Below are positions 1-6,219 of a stretch of DNA of 6,219 nucleotides, in pieces. A program made the translations under genes and the position numbers. Below the pieces are notes generated by a model, which was not told the origin of the DNA, ran no database searches, and saw only the letters and a list, made by a program, of their open reading frames with translations. Position 1 is the stretch's first letter; each line of letters begins with the position of its first letter. Origin of the DNA: a virus (taxonomy: Duplodnaviria > Heunggongvirae > Uroviricota > Caudoviricetes); IMG/VR virus record IMGVR_UViG_2534681831_000018, one strand, 5' to 3'.

Positions 1-1
1 G

Positions 2-334
2 GATTTTGTGCGTGAGGATGACTGGTGGCGCAACGGTCAGAACCTTTACCTGGACAATATGGCGGCGACTGGTTTTTACAGGATTTCCCTGCCTTCCGCA
101 CAGCCTGGCGATATCCTGCTATGCTGCTTTGGCGCATCGGTGGCCAATCATGCCGCCATTTACTGCGGCAACGGTGAACTGCTTCACCATCTGCCTGAAC
201 AACTGAGTAAACGGGAGAGGTATTCTGAAAAATGGCAACGACGAACGCATTCTGTCTGGCGTCACCGCCACTGGCACGCATCTGCCTTCACGGGGATTTG
301 CAACGATTTGGCCGCCGCCTCAGCCTGTACGTGA
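2..334 (+). CDS. K: Tail tip assembly protein K (lambda gpK-like), C-terminal part; 5' end lies upstream of the window
   Basis: Frame-2 reading frame is open from the window start to TGA 332-334. Translation (..REDDWWRNGQNLYLDN..GDILLCCFGASVANHAAIYCG..LSKRERYSEKWQRRTHSVWRHR..) matches my memory of the C-terminal half of lambda gpK. It overlaps the next gene by 103 nt in a different frame, the same arrangement I recall for lambda K/I. Confidence 0.8.
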   Translation, partial: DFVREDDWWRNGQNLYLDNMAATGFYRISLPSAQPGDILLCCFGASVANHAAIYCGNGELLHHLPEQLSKRERYSEKWQRRTHSVWRHRHWHASAFTGICNDLAAASACT

Positions 335-909
335 ACACGGCAGCGGAAGCCATCCGTGCCCTGTCGCTGCAGATGCCGGGATTCCGCCGTCAGATGAACG
401 AAGGCTGGTACCAGATACGTATTCGCGGTGAGGACACGGCACCGGAGGCGGTGTACGCCCGTCTTCACGAACAGCTGGGTGAGGGAACGGTCATCCACAT
501 TGTGCCGCGACTGGCCGGAGCCGGAAAGGGCGGACTGCAGATTGTGCTGGGGGCAGCAGCCATCGTGGGCTCTTTCTTCACCGCCGGCGCAACGATGGCG
601 TTATGGGGCGCAGCCCTGACAGCCGGAGGGCTGACTGCCACCACGATGCTGTTTTCACTGGGTGCCAGCATGATACTGGGTGGTGTGGCACAGATGCTGG
701 CCCCGAAGCCAAAAACACCAGAATACAGGGCAACGGATAACGGTAAACAGAACACGTACTTTTCGTCGCTGGATAACATGATTGCCCAGGGGAACCCGAT
801 GCCGGTGCCTTACGGTGAAATGCTGGTTGGCTCACGGCGAATCTCCCAGGACATCAGTACCCGTGATGAAGGCGGTGACGGGAAGGTGGTGGTTATCGGG
901 CGGGGATGA
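232..909 (+). CDS. I: Tail tip assembly protein I (lambda gpI-like)
   Basis: ATG 232 to TGA 907-909, 225 codons; GGAGAGG at 214-220 upstream. N-terminus MATTNAFCLASPPLARICLHGDLQRFGRR and C-terminus NGKQNTYFSSLDNMIAQGN..YGEM.VGSR..SQDIST.DEG closely parallel lambda gpI (223 aa) as I recall it, including the Gly/Ala-rich hydrophobic central segment. Confidence 0.85.
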   Translation: MATTNAFCLASPPLARICLHGDLQRFGRRLSLYVNTAAEAIRALSLQMPGFRRQMNEGWYQIRIRGEDTAPEAVYARLHEQLGEGTVIHIVPRLAGAGKGGLQIVLGAAAIVGSFFTAGATMALWGAALTAGGLTATTMLFSLGASMILGGVAQMLAPKPKTPEYRATDNGKQNTYFSSLDNMIAQGNPMPVPYGEMLVGSRRISQDISTRDEGGDGKVVVIGRG

Positions 910-920
910 AAATAAAAAAA

Positions 921-947
921 TCCCGCAGAGTTAGCGGAGCTGCGGGA
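921..947. other. GC-rich inverted repeat (8-bp stem TCCCGCAG / CTGCGGGA, 11-nt loop) just after the I stop; on the minus strand it is followed by a T-tract and so looks like an intrinsic terminator for leftward transcription, on the plus strand its 3' arm overlaps the Shine-Dalgarno of the small ORF
   Basis: Read directly: 921-928 tcccgcag pairs with 940-947 ctgcggga. The A-run 910-920 lies on the 5' side (+ strand), which is a T-run 3' of the hairpin on the - strand. Confidence 0.35.
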
Positions 948-954
948 GAGAACG

Positions 955-1074
955 ATGAAGATTAACGTTATGGAGTTATTTTTCAGGCATCAAAAAAGTA
1001 ATGCAGCGTCATTATTGCGGCTACAGGCAATTGCCGGAAATGTGAAGAGTTTCAGAAATTTTATTCCGTCATGA
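955..1074 (+). CDS. Hypothetical small protein (39 aa) in the I-J spacer; candidate moron ORF
   Basis: ATG 955 to TGA 1072-1074, translation MKINVMELFFRHQKSNAASLLRLQAIAGNVKSFRNFIPS. GGGAGAG at 944-950 sits 4-6 nt upstream of the ATG. An intrinsic-terminator-like hairpin starts 4 nt after the stop. The region is AT-rich (about 37% G+C by hand count) against GC-rich flanking tail genes. No homolog recognised; too short for the supplied ORF track. Confidence 0.25.
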   Translation: MKINVMELFFRHQKSNAASLLRLQAIAGNVKSFRNFIPS

Positions 1075-1077
1075 CAC

Positions 1078-1107
1078 AGGCACCCTCCGGGGTGCCTGTT
1101 GTTTTCT
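1078..1107 (+). terminator. Putative rho-independent terminator (8-bp GC-rich stem AGGCACCC / GGGTGCCT, 4-nt loop TCCG, then T-rich tract TGTTGTTTTCT)
   Basis: Read directly: 1078-1085 pairs with 1090-1097, loop 1086-1089, T-rich tract 1098-1107. It lies between the small ORF and the J start. Confidence 0.5.
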
Positions 1108-1216
1108 GGCATAAACAGATTCAGACATCAGACAGGAGAGGGGGACAGAGTGGGTAAAGGGGGCGGCGAAGGGGCACACGCCGGTAGAGGCAAAGGACAA
1201 TCTTAAGTCCACGCAG

Positions 1217-1774
1217 ATGATGAGCGTGATTGATGCGATTGGTGAGGGACCGATAGAAGGCCCGGTGAAGGGACTGCAGAGTATCCTGGTGAACAAAACC
1301 CCGCTGACGGACACGGACGGTAATCCCGTGATACACGGTGTGACTGCGGTCTGGCGTGCCGGGGAGCAGGAGCAGACACCACCGGAAGGCTTTGAGTCCT
1401 CCGGAGCTGAAACCGGACTGGGCGTGGATGTGACGAAGGCAAAGCCGGTGACGCGCACCATTACGTCCGCGAACATTGACCGCCTGCGGGTTACCTTCGG
1501 GGTGCAGTCACTGGTGGAGACCACCTCAAAGGGTGACCGTAACCCGGCATCCGTCCGCCTGCTGATTCAGTTACAGCGTAACGGTAACTGGGTGACAGAA
1601 AAGGATGTCACCATTAACGGCAAGACCACCTCACAGTTCCTCGCTTCGGTGATTCTGGATAATCTGCCTCCCCGTCCCTTTAACATCCGGATGGTCAGGG
1701 AGACGGCGGACAGCACCACGGACCAGCTGCAGAACAGACGCTGTGGTCGTCATACACCGAAATCATCGATGTGA
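1217..1774 (+). CDS. J: Host specificity / tip attachment protein J (central tail fibre), N-terminal segment in frame 2; part of a frame-disrupted J locus spanning 1150-4629
   Basis: Translation [81 protein letters not shown] matches lambda gpJ residues ~23-207 from memory. The homology extends upstream of ATG 1217 in the same frame (KGAAKGHTPVEAKDNLKSTQ) with no in-frame start codon; the likely native start is GTG 1150 (AGGAG at 1134-1138) in a different frame. The C-terminal tail of this ORF (..[12 protein letters not shown]) is out-of-frame sequence after the indel at 1736-1737. Confidence 0.7.
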   Translation: MMSVIDAIGEGPIEGPVKGLQSILVNKTPLTDTDGNPVIHGVTAVWRAGEQEQTPPEGFESSGAETGLGVDVTKAKPVTRTITSANIDRLRVTFGVQSLVETTSKGDRNPASVRLLIQLQRNGNWVTEKDVTINGKTTSQFLASVILDNLPPRPFNIRMVRETADSTTDQLQNRRCGRHTPKSSM

Positions 1775-4629
1775 AACAGTGCTACCCGAACACGGCCATT
1801 GTGGGGCTGCAGGTGGATGCGGAGCAGTTTGGCGGTCAGCAGATGACGGTGAACTACCATATCCGCGGTCGCATCATCCAGGTACCGTCAAACTATGACC
1901 CGGAAAAACGCACGTACAGCGGCATCTGGGACGGCAGCCTGAAACCGGCATACAGCAACAACCCGGCCTGGTGCCTGTGGGACATGCTGACTCACCCGCG
2001 CTACGGCATGGGAAAACGTCTGGGGGCGGCGGATGTGGACAAGTGGGCGCTGTATGCCATCGGGCAGTACTGCGACCAGACGGTCCCGGATGGTTTCGGG
2101 GGCACAGAGCCGCGGATGACCTTTAATGCGTACCTGTCACAACAGCGTAAGGCGTGGGACGTTCTCAGTGATTTCTGCTCGGCGATGCGCTGTATGCCGG
2201 TATGGAACGGCCAGACGCTGACGTTCGTTCAGGACCGCCCGTCGGATGTGGTGTGGCCGTACACCAACTGCGATGTGGTGGTGGATGATAACGGCGTGGG
2301 GTTTCGCTACAGCTTCAGCGCCCTGAAGGACCGCCACACGGCGGTGGAGGTGAATTACACCGACCCGCAGAACGGCTGGCAGACCTCCACGGAACTGGTG
2401 GAAGACCCGGAAGCCATACTGCGCTACGGGCGCAACCTGCTGAAGATGGATGCGTTCGGTTGCACCAGTCGCGGTCAGGCCCACCGTGCCGGGCTGTGGG
2501 TGATAAAGACCGGACTGCTGGAAACGCAGACGGTGGATTTCACGCTCGGGTCACAGGGGCTGCGTCACACACCCGGTGACATTATTGAAATCTGTGATAA
2601 CGACTATGCCGGGACCATGACCGGCGGACGTGTCCTGTCCATTGATGCCGCCAGCCGCACCCTGACACTGGACCGTGAGGTGACCCTGCCGGAGACAGGT
2701 GCCGCCACGGTGAACCTGATTAACGGCAGCGGTAAGCCGGTGAGCGTGGCCATCACTGCACACCCCGCGCCGGACCGGATACAGGTCAGCACCCTGCCTG
2801 ATGGTGTGGAGACATACGGTGTATGGGGACTCTCCCTGCCGTCACTGCGTCGTCGCCTGTTCCGCTGTGTCTCCATCCGGGAAAACACGGACGGCACCTT
2901 TGCCATCACGGCGGTGCAGCACGTACCGGAAAAAGAAGCCATCGTGGATAACGGAGCGCACTTTGACGGCGACCAGAGCGGCACCCTGAACAGCGTTATT
3001 CCACCGGCAGTGCAGCACCTCACGGTGGAGGTGAGCGCGGCTGACGGCCAGTATCTGGCACAGGCGAAATGGGACACGCCGCGGGTGGTGAAGGGGGTGC
3101 GCTTCAGTCTGCGACTGACCAGCGGAAGCGGAGAAGGCAGCCGTCTGGTGACCACCGCCATCACCGCGGATACAGAGCATCGTTCCAGTGGTCTGCCGCT
3201 CGGGGAATACACCCTGACAGTCAGGGCAATTAACAGCTATGGCCAGCAGGGCGAACCGGCCACCACCACCTTCCGGATTAACGCGCCAGCAAAACCCGCC
3301 ACCATTGAACTGACGCCGGGGTATTTTCAGATAACGGCGGTCCCGCGTCTTGCGGTGTATGACCCGACGGTACAGTTTGAGTTCTGGTTTTCGGAGACAA
3401 AAATCGCAGACACATCTCAGGTGGAAACCTCTGCCCGTTATCTGGGGACCGGCAGTCAGTGGAGTGTATCCGGCCCGCACATTAAGCCCGGGAAGGATTT
3501 CTGGTTTTACGTGCGCAGCGTCAACCTGGTGGGGAAATCTGCGTTTGTGGAAGTCAGCGGGCAGCCCAGCAATGATGGTGAAGGGTATCTGGAATTTTTC
3601 CGGGAAAAAATAGGAAAACTGCATCTGGCTCAGGGGCTGTGGGAGCTGATAGACAACAGCCAGCTTGCGGATGAGATGGCGGAGATGAAGACCACCATCA
3701 CCGAAACCCGCAATGAAATCACACAGACGGTCAGTAAAACGCTGGAAGACCAGAGCGCCACCATTCAGCAGATACAGCGCGTGCAGAAGGACACAAATGA
3801 TGACCTGGCTGCGCTGTACATGCTGAAGGTTCAAAAAACGAAAGACGGCATTCCCTATGTGGCCGGGATTGGTGCAGGGATTGAGGATACTGATGGCCAG
3901 CCACTGAGCAACATACTGCTGCTGGCTGACCGTATCGCGATGATAAATCCGGAGAGCGGCAACAGCACGCCGTTATTTGTGGCGCAGGGGAATCAGCTGT
4001 TCATGAACGACGTGTTCCTGAAACGACTGTTTGCGGTGAGCATCACGTCATCCGGCAATCCTCCGGCATTTTCCCTGACGCCGGACGGGCGACTGACGGC
4101 GAAAAATGCGGATATCAGTGGCAGTGTGAATGCGAACTCAGGGACGCTCAACAACGTCACGATTAATGAGAACTGTCAGATTAAGGGGAAACTGTCAGCC
4201 AACCAGATTGAAGGCGATATTGTCAAAACGGTCAGCAAGTCTTTCCCCCGCACGAGCACTTATGCCAGTGGCACTATCACGGTAAGAATCAGTGATGATC
4301 AGAAGTTTGACCGGCAGGTCATGATACCGCCAGTGTTATTCCGCGGTGGTAAGCATGAGAATTTCAACAGTAATAACCAACAGTCATACTGGTATTCAAC
4401 CTGCCGGTTAAGAGTGACCCGCAATGGTCAGGAGATTTTTAATCAGTCCACGACGGATGCTCAGGGCGTATTTTCCTCAGTTATAGATATGCCTGCCGGA
4501 CAGGGGACGCTGACACTGACATTCACCGTATCTTCATCAGGAGCGAATAACTGGACACCAACAACCAGTATCAGCGATCTGCTGGTTGTGGTGATGAAAA
4601 AATCCACAGCAGGTATCAGTATCAGCTGA
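1771..4629 (+). CDS. J: Host specificity / tip attachment protein J (central tail fibre), main body and C-terminal receptor-binding region, in frame 1
   Basis: 952-codon ORF ending TGA 4627-4629. Translation is collinear with lambda gpJ from ..[19 protein letters not shown] through ..[53 protein letters not shown].. and ..[40 protein letters not shown].. to ..[34 protein letters not shown].. and the end ..KK...GIS. The frame-1 homology actually begins at 1738 ([10 protein letters not shown]), upstream of the first start codon of this ORF. Confidence 0.85.
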   Translation: MKQCYPNTAIVGLQVDAEQFGGQQMTVNYHIRGRIIQVPSNYDPEKRTYSGIWDGSLKPAYSNNPAWCLWDMLTHPRYGMGKRLGAADVDKWALYAIGQYCDQTVPDGFGGTEPRMTFNAYLSQQRKAWDVLSDFCSAMRCMPVWNGQTLTFVQDRPSDVVWPYTNCDVVVDDNGVGFRYSFSALKDRHTAVEVNYTDPQNGWQTSTELVEDPEAILRYGRNLLKMDAFGCTSRGQAHRAGLWVIKTGLLETQTVDFTLGSQGLRHTPGDIIEICDNDYAGTMTGGRVLSIDAASRTLTLDREVTLPETGAATVNLINGSGKPVSVAITAHPAPDRIQVSTLPDGVETYGVWGLSLPSLRRRLFRCVSIRENTDGTFAITAVQHVPEKEAIVDNGAHFDGDQSGTLNSVIPPAVQHLTVEVSAADGQYLAQAKWDTPRVVKGVRFSLRLTSGSGEGSRLVTTAITADTEHRSSGLPLGEYTLTVRAINSYGQQGEPATTTFRINAPAKPATIELTPGYFQITAVPRLAVYDPTVQFEFWFSETKIADTSQVETSARYLGTGSQWSVSGPHIKPGKDFWFYVRSVNLVGKSAFVEVSGQPSNDGEGYLEFFREKIGKLHLAQGLWELIDNSQLADEMAEMKTTITETRNEITQTVSKTLEDQSATIQQIQRVQKDTNDDLAALYMLKVQKTKDGIPYVAGIGAGIEDTDGQPLSNILLLADRIAMINPESGNSTPLFVAQGNQLFMNDVFLKRLFAVSITSSGNPPAFSLTPDGRLTAKNADISGSVNANSGTLNNVTINENCQIKGKLSANQIEGDIVKTVSKSFPRTSTYASGTITVRISDDQKFDRQVMIPPVLFRGGKHENFNSNNQQSYWYSTCRLRVTRNGQEIFNQSTTDAQGVFSSVIDMPAGQGTLTLTFTVSSSGANNWTPTTSISDLLVVVMKKSTAGISIS

Positions 4630-4647
4630 ATTTTATAACCCAGAACG

Positions 4648-4671
4648 GGCGCCAGAAATGGCGCCTTTTTT
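4648..4671 (+). terminator. Putative rho-independent terminator between J and lom (palindromic stem GGCGCC / GGCGCC, loop AGAAAT, then TTTTTT)
   Basis: Read directly: 4648-4653 ggcgcc, loop 4654-4659, 4660-4665 ggcgcc, T-run 4666-4671. Confidence 0.6.
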
Positions 4672-4695
4672 ATTGCAGAAAAGCGAGAGGTAATT

Positions 4696-5295
4696 ATGCG
4701 TAAACTTTATGCCGCCATTTTGTCCGCAGCCATCTGTCTGGCCGTATCCGGTGCGCCTGCATGGGCGTCTGAACATCAGTCCACGCTGAGCGCGGGGTAT
4801 CTTCATGTCTCGACGAACGTTCCTGGCAGCGATGAACTGAACGGGATTAACGTGAAATACCGTTATGAGTTTACGGACACACTGGGAATGGTGACGTCAT
4901 TCAGCTATGCAGGAGACAGGAATCGCCAGCTGACCCGTTACAGCGATACCCGCTGGCATGAAGATTCCGTGCGTAACCGCTGGTTCAGCGTGATGGCGGG
5001 GCCGTCTGTGCGCGTGAATGAATGGTTCAGCGCGTATGCGATGGCGGGTGTGTCTTACAGCCGTGTGTCGACTTTCTCCGGGGATTATCTCCGCGTAACT
5101 GACAACAAGGGGAAAACGCACGATGTGCTGACCGGAAGTGATGACGGTCGCCACAGCAACACGTCTCTGGCGTGGGGGGCTGGCGTGCAGTTTAACCCGA
5201 CCGAATCCGTGGCCATTGATATTGCTTATGAAGGCTCCGGCAGTGGCGACTGGCGCACTGACGGTTTCATCGTGGGTGTCGGTTATAAGTTCTGA
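4696..5295 (+). CDS. lom: Outer membrane beta-barrel protein Lom (Ail/Lom/PagC/Rck family); lysogenic-conversion moron
   Basis: ATG 4696 to TGA 5293-5295, 199 codons, GAGAGG 6 nt upstream. N-terminal signal peptide MRKLYAAILSAAICLAVSGAPAWA with an AxA cleavage motif. Shared blocks with lambda Lom as I recall it: GINVKYRYE.TD, SVMAGP, SAYAMAGV, and the C-terminus IAYEGSGSGDWRTDGFIVGVGYKF ending in Phe. Position between J and stf is the same as in lambda. Confidence 0.85.
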   Translation: MRKLYAAILSAAICLAVSGAPAWASEHQSTLSAGYLHVSTNVPGSDELNGINVKYRYEFTDTLGMVTSFSYAGDRNRQLTRYSDTRWHEDSVRNRWFSVMAGPSVRVNEWFSAYAMAGVSYSRVSTFSGDYLRVTDNKGKTHDVLTGSDDGRHSNTSLAWGAGVQFNPTESVAIDIAYEGSGSGDWRTDGFIVGVGYKF

Positions 5296-5321
5296 TTAGC
5301 CAGGTAACACAGTGTTATGAC

Positions 5322-5349
5322 AGCCCGCCGGTTCAGGCGGGCTTTTTTG
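5322..5349 (+). terminator. Putative rho-independent terminator between lom and stf (stem AGCCCGCC / GGCGGGCT, loop GGTTCA, then TTTTTT)
   Basis: Read directly: 5322-5329 pairs with 5336-5343, T-run 5343-5348. Confidence 0.6.
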
Positions 5350-5359
5350 TGGGGTGAAT

Positions 5360-6219
5360 ATGGCAGTAAAGATTTCAGGTGTACTGAAAGACGGCACAGG
5401 AAAACCGGTAGAGAACTGCACCATTCAACTGAAAGCCAGACGGACCAGCAGCACGGTGGTGGTGAACACGGTGGCCTCTGAAAATCCGGATGAAGCCGGT
5501 CGTTACAGCATGGACGTTGAGTACGGTCAGTACAGAGTCATTCTGTTGGTGGAAGGATTCCCGCCGTCACATGCCGGGACCATCACCGTGTATGAAGATT
5601 CTCAACCCGGTACGCTGAATGATTTTCTCGGTGCCATGTCGGAGGATGACGTCCGGCCGGAGGCACTGCGCCGTTTTGAACTGATGGTGGAAGAGGTGGC
5701 GCGTCACGCTGAGGAGGCGAAGAAGAATGCCGGAGAGGCGGAGACGTCAGCGAGGAATGCCGGCATATCAGCCAGTCAGGCAGAAGAGAGCGCGGCAAAT
5801 GCTGACACTTCAGCAGGGGAGGCATCGGAGTCAGCCCGGCAGGCGGCAGAAAGTGCAGCCGCTGCAAAGCAGTCAGAGGAGGCGTCCTCGTCCTCGGCTT
5901 CTGCGGCCGCTCAAAAAGCCAGTGAGTCATCACAAAGTGCAGCAGAAGCTGAATTGTCAAGAAAGACGGCAGAAAGTGCAGCCGGTAATGCAGCCAGGGA
6001 TGCGACGACCGCAACAGAAAAAAGCCCGGGAGTCAGCAGAAAGCGCACAGTCAGCGGAACAAAGCAGGATAGCGGCGGAAGAGGCCGTAAACCGAATCCC
6101 CACCGTGGTGGGACCTCCGGGCCAAAGGGGGAACAGGGGCCCGCGGGTCCTCAGGGGCCGAAGGGTGATAAGGGAGAGCGCGGTGACACCGGCCCTGTCG
6201 GGGCAACCGGACCTCAGGG
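5360..6219 (+). CDS. stf: Side tail fibre protein Stf, N-terminal part; continues beyond the window end; includes an Ala/Ser/Glu-rich low-complexity region and the start of a collagen-like Gly-X-Y repeat
   Basis: ATG 5360, frame 2, no stop to the window end. N-terminus MAVKISGVLKDGTGKPVENCTIQLKARRTSSTVVVNTVASENPDEAGRYSMDVEYGQY.VIL.V.GFPPSHAGTITVYEDSQPGTLNDFL is near-identical to the lambda Stf / E. coli prophage StfR N-terminus as I recall it. It is followed by A/S/E-rich low complexity and then GPKGEQGPAGPQGPKGDKGERGDTGPVGATGPQG. Confidence 0.8.
   Translation, partial: MAVKISGVLKDGTGKPVENCTIQLKARRTSSTVVVNTVASENPDEAGRYSMDVEYGQYRVILLVEGFPPSHAGTITVYEDSQPGTLNDFLGAMSEDDVRPEALRRFELMVEEVARHAEEAKKNAGEAETSARNAGISASQAEESAANADTSAGEASESARQAAESAAAAKQSEEASSSSASAAAQKASESSQSAAEAELSRKTAESAAGNAARDATTATEKSPGVSRKRTVSGTKQDSGGRGRKPNPHRGGTSGPKGEQGPAGPQGPKGDKGERGDTGPVGATGPQ

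Noticed and set aside
6-206. 66-codon ORF in frame 3 overlapping K
   Set aside because: Alternative-frame ORF inside the well-supported K reading frame; translation has no recognisable features.
262-835. Minus-strand ORFs (262-498, 465-779, 578-835) and plus-strand ORF 428-619 overlapping gene I
   Set aside because: Overlap the well-supported I coding sequence; low-complexity or Arg-rich translations typical of off-frame readings.
990-1112. 40-codon minus-strand ORF in the I-J spacer (MPENNRHPGGCLCHDGIKFLKLFTFPAIACSRNNDAALLF)
   Set aside because: No Shine-Dalgarno upstream, and it overlaps the plus-strand small ORF that has a good ribosome-binding site and a downstream terminator. Kept only as an alternative in the hairpin finding.
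2801-2989. Short plus-strand ORFs 2801-2989 and 3350-3613 inside J in alternative frames
   Set aside because: Off-frame ORFs inside J with Arg/Ser/Cys/Trp-rich translations; no support.
2842-3834. 330-codon ORF on the minus strand inside J, plus other minus-strand ORFs at 2604-3212, 2137-2484, 2551-2763, 1069-1524, 1121-1336 and 1203-1442
   Set aside because: All lie antisense to strongly supported J coding sequence. Translations are Arg/Pro/Gly/His-rich with no recognisable domains, as expected for shadow ORFs in GC-rich DNA. No Shine-Dalgarno seen.
4630-4695. Possible sigma70 promoter for lom between the J stop and the lom ATG
   Set aside because: Only 24 nt lie between the terminator T-tract and the ATG, and I could not find a -35/-10 pair with acceptable spacing.
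5583-6014. 143-codon minus-strand ORF antisense to the stf low-complexity region
   Set aside because: Proline/leucine-rich antisense reading of the GCN/GAG-rich A/S/E repeat region; no start context, no homology.
1-6219. Integrase, attachment site, IS element, tRNA, rRNA or CRISPR array
   Set aside because: None seen. The window is entirely prophage late-operon structural genes plus lom; no direct repeat arrays, no tRNA-like structure, no transposase-like ORF.

Overview
This window is the distal tail / tail-fibre block of a lambda-like (lambdoid) enterobacterial prophage, all on the + strand: 3' part of tail tip assembly gene K, gene I, a ~240-nt I-J spacer, host-specificity/central tail fibre gene J, the outer-membrane moron lom, and the 5' part of side tail fibre gene stf running off the window end. 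Identifications rest on reading the translations and comparing them with lambda gpK/gpI/gpJ/Lom/Stf as I remember them; no search was run. Three things deserve a second look. (1) J does not read as one ORF: a +1 and a -1 indel split it into three frame segments. (2) A segment of stf reads more naturally in another frame, bounded by a similar +1/-1 pair. (3) The I-J spacer is about 180 nt longer than in lambda (60 nt, from memory), AT-rich, and carries a 39-codon ORF with its own Shine-Dalgarno and a downstream intrinsic terminator. lom is a classic terminator-flanked moron. I found no tRNA, rRNA, CRISPR array, IS element or integrase.
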